Positions 20,011 to 29,619 of a DNA stretch of 32,000 nt are shown here, one piece after another. Source of the stretch: Wolbachia endosymbiont of Pentalonia nigronervosa. GTDB lineage: Bacteria; Pseudomonadota; Alphaproteobacteria; Rickettsiales; Anaplasmataceae. Both the position numbers and the translations under genes were made by a program. The notes beneath the pieces were generated by a model. It was given only the letters and a program-made list of their open reading frames with translations. It made no database searches and was not told the DNA's origin. Where the stretch lies: assembly GCF_014534705.1 (NCBI RefSeq), contig NZ_JACVWV010000001.1, forward strand, positions 1 to 32,000, written 5' to 3'. The stretch's first letter is position 1, and each line of letters begins with the position of its first letter.

Positions 20011-20454
20011 ATGGAAACATACGTAGGCAAAGAAAGAAGGATAGTGAATGTAGTTGCTAAGCATTGGAGTGATATAAAAGGTTCAGATAGAGACTGGCCT
20101 GAAAGAAACGAAATAGATACTGCAGAAATCATGGAATCATGGCAGCATAGTTTTATTATTGAAGTGAAAGATCAAGGCTATGTCTGTGAAAATGCAGGAG
20201 AAAAGGCTGTTGAATTCTATGGTTTTCAGAAAGAAATGCGCATTGATAATCGATACTCGATTGATGCACCGTTTTTGCGGCTATATAAAATAGATGCAGT
20301 ACTTGAAAAATTCGATACAGTGGTGGAAAATGGTTATCCAGTGACTGAGCAAGAAGAAAGTGAAAGCATCAAAATAAGACAGGTATTATTGCCACTGGGT
20401 GATAAAGGTAATGTAAGCCATATATTGGGTGTGATCACATTTAAGCTTCTTTAA
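20011..20454 (+). CDS. Conserved hypothetical protein (147 aa), possibly PAS-fold-like
   Basis: Intact ORF with no frame disruption and a globular composition. The PAS relationship is only a weak impression (WQHSFIIEV...FLRLYKIDAVLEKFD). Confidence 0.6.
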   Translation: METYVGKERRIVNVVAKHWSDIKGSDRDWPERNEIDTAEIMESWQHSFIIEVKDQGYVCENAGEKAVEFYGFQKEMRIDNRYSIDAPFLRLYKIDAVLEKFDTVVENGYPVTEQEESESIKIRQVLLPLGDKGNVSHILGVITFKLL

Positions 20455-20521
20455 GTGAATAATTTTAGTTTGATTATTTAATAAAATTATTTATACTGAT
20501 ACTTGATTGCTTATTTAGAAT

Positions 20522-20728
20522 ATGAAGAAAATAAAATTGAAGACTAAATCTTCTGTTAAAAAACGTTTTAGCCTTACAGCTAAGGGTAAAGTTATTGCTA
20601 CTCAATCAGGCAAGAGACATGGCATGGTTAAGAGAAGTAAGTCTAACATTCGTAATCAGCGTGGTACAACAATTCTTGGTAAATCTGATTCACGTATAGT
20701 GAAACTTTATATACCTTATGGTCTTTAA
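20522..20728 (+). CDS. rpmI: 50S ribosomal protein L35
   Basis: 68 aa: [24 protein letters not shown]...[13 protein letters not shown]. Confidence 0.97.
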   Translation: MKKIKLKTKSSVKKRFSLTAKGKVIATQSGKRHGMVKRSKSNIRNQRGTTILGKSDSRIVKLYIPYGL

Positions 20729-20745
20729 AATGGAGGTAAGATAGA

Positions 20746-21105
20746 ATGGCTAGGGTAAAGCGCGGAGTTACTACTCATGCTCGTCATAAAAAAATATTGA
20801 AATTAGCGAAGGGTTATAGGGGACGTGCAAAAAATTGTTACAGAATTGCACTGCAGAGAGTTGAAAAGGCATTACAGTATGCTTACAGGGATAGAAGAAA
20901 CCGCAAGCGTGATTTTCGTAGTTTATGGATAGTGCGTATCAATGCAGCAGTAAGGGAACATGGGCTTACTTATGGCAAATTTATTCATGGTCTAACGCTT
21001 GCTGGTATTGATTTAAACAGAAAAATTCTTGCTGAAATGGCTGTTAATTATAAGGATGACTTTGCTAAGCTAGTAAAAACCGTAAGTGAGAAGTTAGCGG
21101 TATAG
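20746..21105 (+). CDS. rplT: 50S ribosomal protein L20
   Basis: 119 aa: [27 protein letters not shown]...[24 protein letters not shown]. Confidence 0.98.
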   Translation: MARVKRGVTTHARHKKILKLAKGYRGRAKNCYRIALQRVEKALQYAYRDRRNRKRDFRSLWIVRINAAVREHGLTYGKFIHGLTLAGIDLNRKILAEMAVNYKDDFAKLVKTVSEKLAV

Positions 21106-21116
21106 TTTCTTAAAAC

Positions 21117-22025
21117 ATGAAAATTATTTTCATGGGGTCGCCAGAGTTTGCAGTTATTCCATTAAAACTATTGATACATTCGCAACACGAAGTAATTGCC
21201 GTTTATACTAGAGCTCCTAAACCTGCAAATCGTGGAAAAAAATTAACAGAAACTCCAGTACATAATGTTGCTAAAGAAAATAATATAGAAGTGTGTACTG
21301 TGAGCTCTCTTAAATTTTCAAAAGAGCAAGAAAAGTTTAGAAGCCTTGCACCTGATGTTGCAGTTGTTGCTGCATACGGATTAATACTTCCACGCGAAAT
21401 TCTCAATATTCCAGAATATGGATGTATTAATATTCATCCTTCATTGTTGCCTAGGTGGCGGGGTGCAGCTCCGATACAACACACAATCTTAGCAGGTGAT
21501 CAAGAAACAGGGGTGAGTATTATGCAGATGAATGAAGGGTTAGATTCAGGTCCTATCCTAAAACAGGAAAGGTTTTCGATTAAAGAATCTGATAATTACA
21601 AAACATTACATAATAAACTATCTGAGCTAGGAGGGCATTTGCTACTAGAAGTGCTAAGTGAAATTCAAAAACGAGTTCCTATAGAGCAAGATAGTAACTA
21701 TGCATGTTATGCTGATAAGATAAAAGATTACAGGATTTATGTTGATGATACTTGTGAAGTTGCATATAGGAAAATCAAGGCGCTTTATCCCAAAACGTTT
21801 GTAAAAATAGAGGGTAAGCGCATGAGAATACTTGATGCTGATTTTGAGGTAAGTACGCTTTTAGAATCAGAGCAAGGGAAAATCATTAATAATAGTATGC
21901 ACATAAAGTTAAAAGGTGGTACTTTGATTCCTAAAGTTGTACAAATGGAAGGAAAAAAAACATGTGGTATTGAAGATTTTATTCGTGGTTGTAAAATAAA
22001 TGTAGCAGGGAAATTTATAGAATGA
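21117..22025 (+). CDS. fmt: Methionyl-tRNA formyltransferase
   Basis: 302 aa: [56 protein letters not shown]. Confidence 0.97.
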   Translation: MKIIFMGSPEFAVIPLKLLIHSQHEVIAVYTRAPKPANRGKKLTETPVHNVAKENNIEVCTVSSLKFSKEQEKFRSLAPDVAVVAAYGLILPREILNIPEYGCINIHPSLLPRWRGAAPIQHTILAGDQETGVSIMQMNEGLDSGPILKQERFSIKESDNYKTLHNKLSELGGHLLLEVLSEIQKRVPIEQDSNYACYADKIKDYRIYVDDTCEVAYRKIKALYPKTFVKIEGKRMRILDADFEVSTLLESEQGKIINNSMHIKLKGGTLIPKVVQMEGKKTCGIEDFIRGCKINVAGKFIE

Positions 22026-22061
22026 TATTTTTAAATTACTCAGTATTTTTATATATAAGTT

Positions 22062-22874
22062 ATGGATTTTACTATTGCAACTTTCTATTATTTTGTTGAG
22101 CTTTCTAATTACTATGACATGAAAGATGAAATAAAAACTGCGTGTGATAACTTCGGGTTAAAAGGTACAATACTTCTTGCAGAAGAGGGCATTAATGCAA
22201 CCATATCCGGCACAAAAGATGCAATTAATAATATATTCAACTTTTTACATTCTGATCCTAGATTAAAAGATCTAACGTGGAAAGAAAGTTATGCAGCATA
22301 TCAACCATTTAGTAAGATGAAGGTCAGATTAAAAAGAGAGATTGTCAACCTTGGTGTGAATGGTCTTGATATTTCTCTCAGAGGTGAATACCTCGAACCG
22401 GAACATTGGGATGATTTTACTTCTCAACCTGATGTTTTAGTAGTAGATACAAGAAATGAGTATGAAGTAAAATTAGGCAAGTTTAAAAATGCAATAGATC
22501 CAAAAACTCAATGCTTTCGCGATTTTCCTCAATGGGCAGAATCATTTACTGAGAATAAAAATCTAAAAATAGCAATGTACTGCACAGGTGGAATCAGATG
22601 TGAAAAATCCACAGCGTACATGAAAAGCATCGGATTCAAGGACGTTTATCACTTAAAAGGTGGTATACTTTCTTACCTTGAGAAAAATAAAAACAAGAAC
22701 AACACGTGGGAGGGTGAGTGTTTTGTTTTTGATGATAGAGTTGCTGTTGATAACTCGCTTATTCCAAGTGATAAGATAAAATGTATCTCTTGTTCAAATC
22801 AAGTTTCAACAGATGAACTCAAATCCGTCCCACGTGGCCAAGTACTGTGCTTCAATTGTAAACCTTTAATCTAG
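22062..22874 (+). CDS. trhO: tRNA uridine(34) hydroxylase/rhodanese-domain protein (TrhO/YceA family)
   Basis: 270 aa: FGLKGTILLAEEGINATISG, KVRLKREIV, VDTRNEYE, MYCTGGIRCEKSTAYMKSIGF, and a C-terminal Cys-rich segment. Confidence 0.93.
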   Translation: MDFTIATFYYFVELSNYYDMKDEIKTACDNFGLKGTILLAEEGINATISGTKDAINNIFNFLHSDPRLKDLTWKESYAAYQPFSKMKVRLKREIVNLGVNGLDISLRGEYLEPEHWDDFTSQPDVLVVDTRNEYEVKLGKFKNAIDPKTQCFRDFPQWAESFTENKNLKIAMYCTGGIRCEKSTAYMKSIGFKDVYHLKGGILSYLEKNKNKNNTWEGECFVFDDRVAVDNSLIPSDKIKCISCSNQVSTDELKSVPRGQVLCFNCKPLI

Positions 22875-22881
22875 TCAAGCA

Positions 22882-23766
22882 TCACACTATTCTATTTTTA
22901 TTATCACCTACATGGGTTGTTTCAGTTGATTCAAGGGATGCTTCCTTCGAAAAAAGAACTCTATCTATAGCTTTGGCTTGTTTGTAGTCTGGGCTGAAAG
23001 AATAAACAGCTAGTAAAGCAACTCCACCAACTAATAGAGCAAGAGACATGCCTATTGCTACTGCAGTGCGACAAGAACTGGCTCCATTGCCTAGTACCAG
23101 ACACATAGCAGTACCTAGTCCAACAGTAGAGAAAAAACCAGTAGCAAAAGCAATTGAGGAATTTACCAGGGTATTTTCTTTATATCGCTTAGCTTGCTCT
23201 TTCATGCCATTAATCAGCGCACTTTTTGCACTGAAGCTTATACCATCTAATGTGAATGGTGTTTTATTATCTTTACTTATGGCAAGAGAATTCACATCAT
23301 TTGCAAGAAGAATTTCTATTGCATCGGTGTTATTTTCTAAAACAGCTTTATGTAGCAGTGAGATACCGTCTTCATCCGGATAGTTCAGTAACTTGTGCAA
23401 ATTACTATCATGAAGATATTTTTTATCTTTCATTGCATCTTTTAAGCAATTGATTACATCCTGGAATTTAATATTATTATTTTCAATGTAGTAAGATAAA
23501 AGATAATATATCGCTTCCTGACTAACTTTCGTTTCCCACACATTTATTGGTTTCAGAATGGCAAGTTTAAATAGTTCCTTGTTAACAGCTATTCCTTTAT
23601 TGTTTTGCAGGTACTGTTTTAATTCTTCGATGTGTTGCATGTAATTAGTATTATTTTTGGGGTCGGAGTGTAACTCTTTTCCAATTCTCACAAGAATATC
23701 ACGTAGATTTGTATCAAGATTTGTGTCATGAGTCATATCATTCCTCCATATTATTAATATATACAA
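22882..23766 (-). CDS. Ankyrin-repeat protein with two predicted C-terminal TM segments (294 aa)
   Basis: DEDGISLLHKAVLENNTDAIEILLANDVNSLAISKDNKTPFTLDG (ankyrin-like), then hydrophobic stretches SSIAFATGFFSTVGLGTAMCLVLG and TAVAIGMSLALLVGGVALLAVYSF. Confidence 0.8.
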   Translation of the reverse strand: MYILIIWRNDMTHDTNLDTNLRDILVRIGKELHSDPKNNTNYMQHIEELKQYLQNNKGIAVNKELFKLAILKPINVWETKVSQEAIYYLLSYYIENNNIKFQDVINCLKDAMKDKKYLHDSNLHKLLNYPDEDGISLLHKAVLENNTDAIEILLANDVNSLAISKDNKTPFTLDGISFSAKSALINGMKEQAKRYKENTLVNSSIAFATGFFSTVGLGTAMCLVLGNGASSCRTAVAIGMSLALLVGGVALLAVYSFSPDYKQAKAIDRVLFSKEASLESTETTHVGDNKNRIV

Positions 23767-23826
23767 TAATAGTACTACAAACTTTATAGAAAGTCAAAAT
23801 CATTAAAAAATTAAGATATTTCTACT

Positions 23827-25164
23827 TTACCTTCTACTTAAGAGGTCCATTAAATCAGATTCTTTGGTTTTGCTGTGGTCAGTTTTGCTTAATTTACTTA
23901 CTATGGAGCTCATTTGATTGTATTGTTTAATCAGAAGATTGACGTCAGTGACGCTTGTTCCGGATCCTTTTGCAATTCTTAATCTCCGTTTTCCATTTAA
24001 AATACTGGGATCTTGCCTCTCCTTTTCCGTCATTGAACTGATAATAGCTATATACTTCTTCACTTTGCTATCATCAGGTACACCACTATTTAGCTTTTTT
24101 GTGAATGAACTAGGGATAAATTTCATTATGCTTGCAATTCCACCCATCTTGTTTAATGCTTTCAATTGTCCTACTAGATCATTAAGGTCAAATTTGCCCT
24201 TTTTCACCTTCTTCTGTAGTTTATCAATTTCTTCTTTTCCAACGATCTCTGCAGCTTTTTCAACCAATGACACAACATCACCCATGTTAAGTATTCTTTG
24301 TGCAATTCTATCAGGATAAAAATCATCGAGATCGCTTAATTTTTCACCACAGGCAATAAATTTAATGGGACAGTTGGTGATCATTTTCATAGAGAGAGCA
24401 GCACCTCCACGTGCATCACCATCAACACGTGTAAGGATAATACCAGTTATATCTATTGCTTCGTTGAATGACTTAGCAATGTTAATTGCATCTTGACCCG
24501 TCATGGCATCAGCTACTAAGATAATTTCTGTAGGTGAGGTAAGTTTCTTTACATCCTTTAGCTCATTCATCATGCTATCATCGATGTGAAGTCTGCCTGC
24601 AGTGTCGAGGATTACAACATCATACCCTTTTGCCTCTTCCATAGCCATTTTTGTAATTTCAAGTGGCTTTTTATTTGCAATTATAGGCAAAGTTTTAACA
24701 TCTATCTGCTTACCTAACACTTCAAGTTGTTTCTGTGCAGCCGGTCTGTAGATGTCCAAAGAAGCAAGTAGAACTCTCTTCTTTTGTTTTTTTAACTTTA
24801 AAGCAAGTTTTCCTGAAGTAGTTGTTTTACCTGCACCTTGTAATCCCACCATCATAATAACAGCGGGAGGTTTGACTGAGAGGTTTAAATCACTTTTTTC
24901 TGCGCCAAGAATCGCAGCTAAATTATCCTGGACAATTTTAATGATCATTTGTGCAGGAGAAACGCTTTTAATAACCTTCTCTCCAACAACTTTATCTTTT
25001 ATATTGTTGATGAATTTTTTTGCTACCTCTAGTGAGACGTCAGCTTCAATTAGCGCTATACGTATTTCACGCATGGCAAGGTTGAAATCATCTTCAGAAA
25101 TTAATGATTTTCCTTTCAACTTACTAAATACAGCACTTAAATTATCAGTTAAGGATTTAAACAT
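23827..25164 (-). CDS. ffh: Signal recognition particle protein Ffh (SRP54)
   Basis: 445 aa: GLQGAGKTTTSGKLA, DTAGRLHIDD, TRVDGDARGGAALSM, and an M-domain with the IASIMKFIPS and IISSMTEKERQDPSIL.GKRRLRIAKGSGT motifs. Confidence 0.97.
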   Translation of the reverse strand: MFKSLTDNLSAVFSKLKGKSLISEDDFNLAMREIRIALIEADVSLEVAKKFINNIKDKVVGEKVIKSVSPAQMIIKIVQDNLAAILGAEKSDLNLSVKPPAVIMMVGLQGAGKTTTSGKLALKLKKQKKRVLLASLDIYRPAAQKQLEVLGKQIDVKTLPIIANKKPLEITKMAMEEAKGYDVVILDTAGRLHIDDSMMNELKDVKKLTSPTEIILVADAMTGQDAINIAKSFNEAIDITGIILTRVDGDARGGAALSMKMITNCPIKFIACGEKLSDLDDFYPDRIAQRILNMGDVVSLVEKAAEIVGKEEIDKLQKKVKKGKFDLNDLVGQLKALNKMGGIASIMKFIPSSFTKKLNSGVPDDSKVKKYIAIISSMTEKERQDPSILNGKRRLRIAKGSGTSVTDVNLLIKQYNQMSSIVSKLSKTDHSKTKESDLMDLLSRR

Positions 25165-26702
25165 AATAATACTAGTAAAACAGTAATTAACACAAGAGAA
25201 GTAGCTGAAACAAAGGCTACTGAATTATAACCAAATACTTCTTTAAATTTATCAATATTATTAAAGTATGAACTAGTTAGCAAATTAGTCAAGCTCTGCA
25301 TCATTCTAATGAATCTGTCTTTCATTGTAAGAATTAGTCTATTTAATAATGAAGTAATGTAAGGTATAAAAGCTCTAAAAATCCAATCAACATCCATTTT
25401 AAAGTTTATTCTGGGTGAGAATAACTTGTACAAAGGAATAAACAATAAAGTGGTGCAGAATAATAGATTAAACTGGTACCAAAGATTTTGCTTGTTATAA
25501 ACTAGATCAAAAATCAGGGACTTATTGTAAATAAATAAATATGGATTACCAGCAATAACGCATACTAACGCTAAAATTATCATAGGCAAGTTACTTCCAT
25601 GTGCAACTGGAGATTTTGATCTATTTTTAGAGACAAACATGTAATAGAAAAACTTTAGTCCTAAACTTGAATAAAGTAGAGGGTACAAAATCTTTAATAA
25701 ATTCTTATATATTGTTAATTCAGCACTAGCCATTTTAATTTCAGATGTAATGCATGACTTGCTGATAAATCCAGCAGTGCCAGGAAATGCTGCCATTGTT
25801 AGTATGGCAATTGCAGTGCACATACTCTCCACTGACAAAAATTTGCCCACTCCATTGAAATTCACTGCTTTTGTCCGAGAGATAATTGAATTGACCACAG
25901 TGAAAAGCAGTAACTGATAAGTAATGGAAAAAATTATATTAAGCATAAGCAATGATATGGCATTTTTTGAGTGGCTAAGCAAACTGCCAGTCATAATCAA
26001 TATGCCCATTTGCCCTACAACATTATAGCCTAAAAATCTACGAATGTTTTGTTCAAGTGCAGCGAATACAATGCTATAAAGTGCAGTAATTGCCCCTAAA
26101 ATGGCCAATATTTCAGTATAATTTTGCCACGAGCTGTAGGTATGTAAAAGCATTACTAAGAAAGAAACCTTAGTGGTAAATAAAGATAGGTATGATGCAC
26201 CATGTAACGATGCAGCAGGATATGCATCGACAACCCAGAATGAGAAAGGAAAACAGGCACAATTCATTAATAAACCTATGATTATTAGACCAGTGTTTTG
26301 GATAGACAGGCCCGTTATTAATAGCATTCCGATAAAAAAGTGCGTGCAAGCATATCTTATTGCATAACCACTATCCTTACCACCAGCTGCAATAATGAAA
26401 AATGAACTGATACTCATTAACTCACAGAATACTATCACTAATATCATCTGTTTAGATAATATAGCACCTAACGAACTAGCAGTATAAAAAGTAAAAAATA
26501 GCATTTCTGTAAGAGTCAAATTTTGTGCTGGTAATACAATCAAAAATGCACCTAACAGAAAAGATGTGAGCACAATACGCACAGATAGATCGAAATTCAG
26601 AATCTGCTGCAATGCTAAATTTGGATAAAATGGTGAGTTATAAAAAACTATGATAGTCAATATAGCTAATAGAAGTAATAGCAGTGGCTTATAGAGCTGC
26701 AT
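25149..26702 (-). CDS. NADH-quinone oxidoreductase/Mrp-type cation antiporter subunit D-like membrane protein
   Basis: 517 aa, many TM segments, proton-translocating-family core (ATHFFIGMLLITG, YPAASLHGASYLSLFTTKVSFLVML, LGYNVVGQMGILIMTG, FPGTAGFISKSCI). Confidence 0.85.
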   Translation of the reverse strand: MQLYKPLLLLLLAILTIIVFYNSPFYPNLALQQILNFDLSVRIVLTSFLLGAFLIVLPAQNLTLTEMLFFTFYTASSLGAILSKQMILVIVFCELMSISSFFIIAAGGKDSGYAIRYACTHFFIGMLLITGLSIQNTGLIIIGLLMNCACFPFSFWVVDAYPAASLHGASYLSLFTTKVSFLVMLLHTYSSWQNYTEILAILGAITALYSIVFAALEQNIRRFLGYNVVGQMGILIMTGSLLSHSKNAISLLMLNIIFSITYQLLLFTVVNSIISRTKAVNFNGVGKFLSVESMCTAIAILTMAAFPGTAGFISKSCITSEIKMASAELTIYKNLLKILYPLLYSSLGLKFFYYMFVSKNRSKSPVAHGSNLPMIILALVCVIAGNPYLFIYNKSLIFDLVYNKQNLWYQFNLLFCTTLLFIPLYKLFSPRINFKMDVDWIFRAFIPYITSLLNRLILTMKDRFIRMMQSLTNLLTSSYFNNIDKFKEVFGYNSVAFVSATSLVLITVLLVLLCLNP

Positions 26703-26754
26703 AACAGTTCAGATCAATATGACTTATACTACCAAACTGGTAGGGAAAATCAAT

Positions 26755-26881
26755 AGACCTCTTGCAAAACCTATTTCTGACGGCAATTTTGTTTGCCTAC
26801 GCTCCTCAAATACATCCTGCGGTGCTCGCCTGCGTTTCTCCTAAAACGTTTCTCGTCATAAATCGGTTTTGCAAGAGGTCT
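26755..26881. repeat. Palindromic repeat element (Wolbachia palindromic element-like), 127 bp, intergenic
   Basis: Terminal inverted repeats agacctcttgcaaaacctattt / aaatcggttttgcaagaggtct (21/22 match), extendable by one flanking T/A pair. Confidence 0.92.
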
Positions 26882-27018
26882 AATCTACAAACCCCAGGGC
26901 TACCTAATGAAAAGATCTGATAGGTATTTCTTCCTATTAACATAGAACAAGTAAAATCTAATTTGCAAAGCAAAATAAATTGAGTGTAATGTAGATATTA
27001 TACCTTGAACTTAACACC

Positions 27019-27756
27019 GTGCGTTATAAGATCGTAATAGAATACAACGGCAGTAATTTCTCCGGTTGGCAAAAACAAAAACACTCTGTAAATTCAATAC
27101 AAGAAGTAGTGGAAAATGCTATATTTAATTTTACTGGTGAAAGAGTCGCTTTATATTGTGGTGGTAGAACTGACGCAGGAGTTCACGCTTTAGGACAAGT
27201 TGCGCATTTTGACATGCAAGCAGAATTTGAACTTTATAGAGTAAGAAACGCAATAAACTACCATTTGAAATCAACAGCTGTATCTATACTGGATGTAGAA
27301 ATTGTTGATGATATATTTCATGCGCGATTTTCAGCAAAAAAGAGGTATTATGAATATAAAATAATTAATCGCTACGCTCCTGCAGTTCTGGAAGCTGGGT
27401 ATGTGTGGCAAGTATTTAAACCACTTGATGTAAATATCATGCGTGAGGCTGCCGAATATTTACTTGGAAAACATGACCTTTCAAGCTTTCGTTCGAAGGA
27501 TTGCCAGGCAAAAGATCCAGTAAAAACAATTGATAATATAGACATAATACAAAATAGAAATCACATATATATTAAGATATCTGCTCTTTCTTTTTTACAT
27601 AATCAAGTAAGAATCATGGTGGGCACTTTGGTTGAATTTGGAATAAATAACACTGACCCACGTGAAATGTTAAAAATATTAAATCACTGTAAAAGAAGTG
27701 CTGCTGGAATTACAGCACCACCTTTTGGTTTATATTTAGTAAAAATAGATTATTAA
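27019..27756 (+). CDS. truA: tRNA pseudouridine(38-40) synthase TruA
   Basis: 245 aa: IEYNGSNFSGWQKQK, GGRTDAGVHALGQVAHF, FLHNQVRIMVGTLVEFG, TAPPFGLYL. Confidence 0.97.
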   Translation: MRYKIVIEYNGSNFSGWQKQKHSVNSIQEVVENAIFNFTGERVALYCGGRTDAGVHALGQVAHFDMQAEFELYRVRNAINYHLKSTAVSILDVEIVDDIFHARFSAKKRYYEYKIINRYAPAVLEAGYVWQVFKPLDVNIMREAAEYLLGKHDLSSFRSKDCQAKDPVKTIDNIDIIQNRNHIYIKISALSFLHNQVRIMVGTLVEFGINNTDPREMLKILNHCKRSAAGITAPPFGLYLVKIDY

Positions 27757-27801
27757 CCATCTTGTGTTTTAGATCCAGAGATACTGTACACCTAAGCTTT
27801 T

Positions 27802-29619
27802 CTACTTCTCTTGCATCCATAGTGGGTGTTTATGAATAATTTCTGCTAATTCTTTATTAATTCCAGGCACATTCTGAATTTCAGTTATTGAGGCTTTACT
27901 TATGTTTTCAATGGAGCCAAAGTAAGATATTAATGCTTTGCTTCTCTTGTCGCCAATACCAGGTATTTCATTTAATTGTGAAACTAAAAACTGTTTATCA
28001 CGTTTTTTTCTGTGTGTAGTAATAGCAAAGCGGTGAGCTTCGTTACGCAACAGTTGCAAGTAAAGCATGATCTGATTATTATATTCCAAACTAAATTCTT
28101 CTCTATTTGGCATATAAAATCTCTCTTTTCCTGCATTACGATCTGGACCCTTTGCTATGCAAGCAAAAGGAACATTGATGTTTAATGTCTTCAACACATT
28201 TTCTACTACGGAAACATGCCCTGGTCCACCATCAATAAGCAAAAAATCAGGTATTACGTCTTTTATACTGCCAGAAAAACGTCTTGTCAGTACTTCTTCC
28301 ATCATTCTATAGTCATCACCCAGGATTTTTCCTTTGATAGTGAATTTTCTATATTCATTGTGCAGAAAACCTTCCTGCCCAGCAACAACCATCACACCAA
28401 CTTGTTGATGTCCAGATGTATGGCTATTATCATAAATTTCAATACGTTGTGGAATATTTGGCAAACAGAAGATTTTAGCCAAGTCTTCTAGCTTTTCCAG
28501 ATTATTCTTATGATCTATAAGCTTTTGCTCTAAGCTATGTTGAGCATTACTGTAAATGGACTTCAGTAAGTCACGTTCTTGCTTGTTTTTTGCATATAGT
28601 ATGGTTATTGATTTTTGAGTGGTTTGACGCAACGCTTGTTCTATAATTTCAATATTATTCATGCAGTGAGGAACATAGATTCTTAATGGCAGGTCAGATG
28701 TCTGATACGAGTGGACTAAAAAAGTAGATAAAATATCATCATCCGAATGATCACTACAGTTTTCAATGAAGTAAGGAATATCGCCATAGTTACACCTATT
28801 TCTAAATGACAACACATGAATACAAGCTAAGTCTCCTTTACGTGCAATATTGAGAAAATCTGCGTCTTTTTCAAAAAAGAAGTCGATAACTTTGATCTGA
28901 ACTTGTGCAAGAGATTTTAACCTATCCCTATACACAGCAGCGCGTTCATATTCTTCTGCATTACTACATCTTTGCATCGCGGAGAGTAATTGTTTTTCTA
29001 CTTTTTTATTCTTGCCAGCTAATGTAGCTTGTGCTTGTTTTACTAATTTACCATAATCATTCTTTGTGATTTTGTTTACACACGGTGCTGAGCAACGGTG
29101 CATTTGATATTCAATGCATGCTTTTTTTGCTGAAAGGAAGGAGCGATCTGAACACGTTCTTAATAGAAAGGCTTTTTGCAATGACTCCATAGTATTTTTG
29201 ACTGCAGTGGCAGAAGGAAACGGACCGTAGTAATAAAATTCATTTTTTTTAAATTTACCACGAAACTTCGCTATCATTGGATATTCATGTTTAGAAATTG
29301 TGATATAAGGGTAAGATTTTCCGTCTTTGAGTAAAATATTATAAGGTGGGTGCAAGGATTTTATTAATTGTGCTTCAAGCAAAAGGGCTTCAATTTCATT
29401 TTCAGTAATAAAAACTTCTATTTTGACTACTTTTGAAAGCATGACTCTGATTCGTTCAGAAAGATTTTCAACATGAACGTAAGCAGATAACCTGGATTTT
29501 AAATTTTTTGCTTTCCCAATGTATAAAATTCTATTTTTATCTCCTATCATTTTATACACACCACAAGATTGTGGAGAGAAATTAATTTGTTCTTTTATTA
29601 TTGCTTGAACATTGATCAT
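27802..29619 (-). CDS. uvrC: Excinuclease ABC subunit C
   Basis: 605 aa: PQSCGVYKMIGDKNRILYIGKAKNLKSRLSAYV (GIY-YIG), IEIYDNSHTSGHQQVGVMVVA, PDFLLIDGGPGHV, and a helix-hairpin-helix IPGIGDKRSKALISYFGS. Confidence 0.97.
   Translation of the reverse strand: MINVQAIIKEQINFSPQSCGVYKMIGDKNRILYIGKAKNLKSRLSAYVHVENLSERIRVMLSKVVKIEVFITENEIEALLLEAQLIKSLHPPYNILLKDGKSYPYITISKHEYPMIAKFRGKFKKNEFYYYGPFPSATAVKNTMESLQKAFLLRTCSDRSFLSAKKACIEYQMHRCSAPCVNKITKNDYGKLVKQAQATLAGKNKKVEKQLLSAMQRCSNAEEYERAAVYRDRLKSLAQVQIKVIDFFFEKDADFLNIARKGDLACIHVLSFRNRCNYGDIPYFIENCSDHSDDDILSTFLVHSYQTSDLPLRIYVPHCMNNIEIIEQALRQTTQKSITILYAKNKQERDLLKSIYSNAQHSLEQKLIDHKNNLEKLEDLAKIFCLPNIPQRIEIYDNSHTSGHQQVGVMVVAGQEGFLHNEYRKFTIKGKILGDDYRMMEEVLTRRFSGSIKDVIPDFLLIDGGPGHVSVVENVLKTLNINVPFACIAKGPDRNAGKERFYMPNREEFSLEYNNQIMLYLQLLRNEAHRFAITTHRKKRDKQFLVSQLNEIPGIGDKRSKALISYFGSIENISKASITEIQNVPGINKELAEIIHKHPLWMQEK

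Noticed and set aside
23918-25186. Plus-strand ORFs 23918-24319 and 24752-25186
   Set aside because: Shadow ORFs opposite ffh, which has complete conserved G-domain and M-domain motifs.
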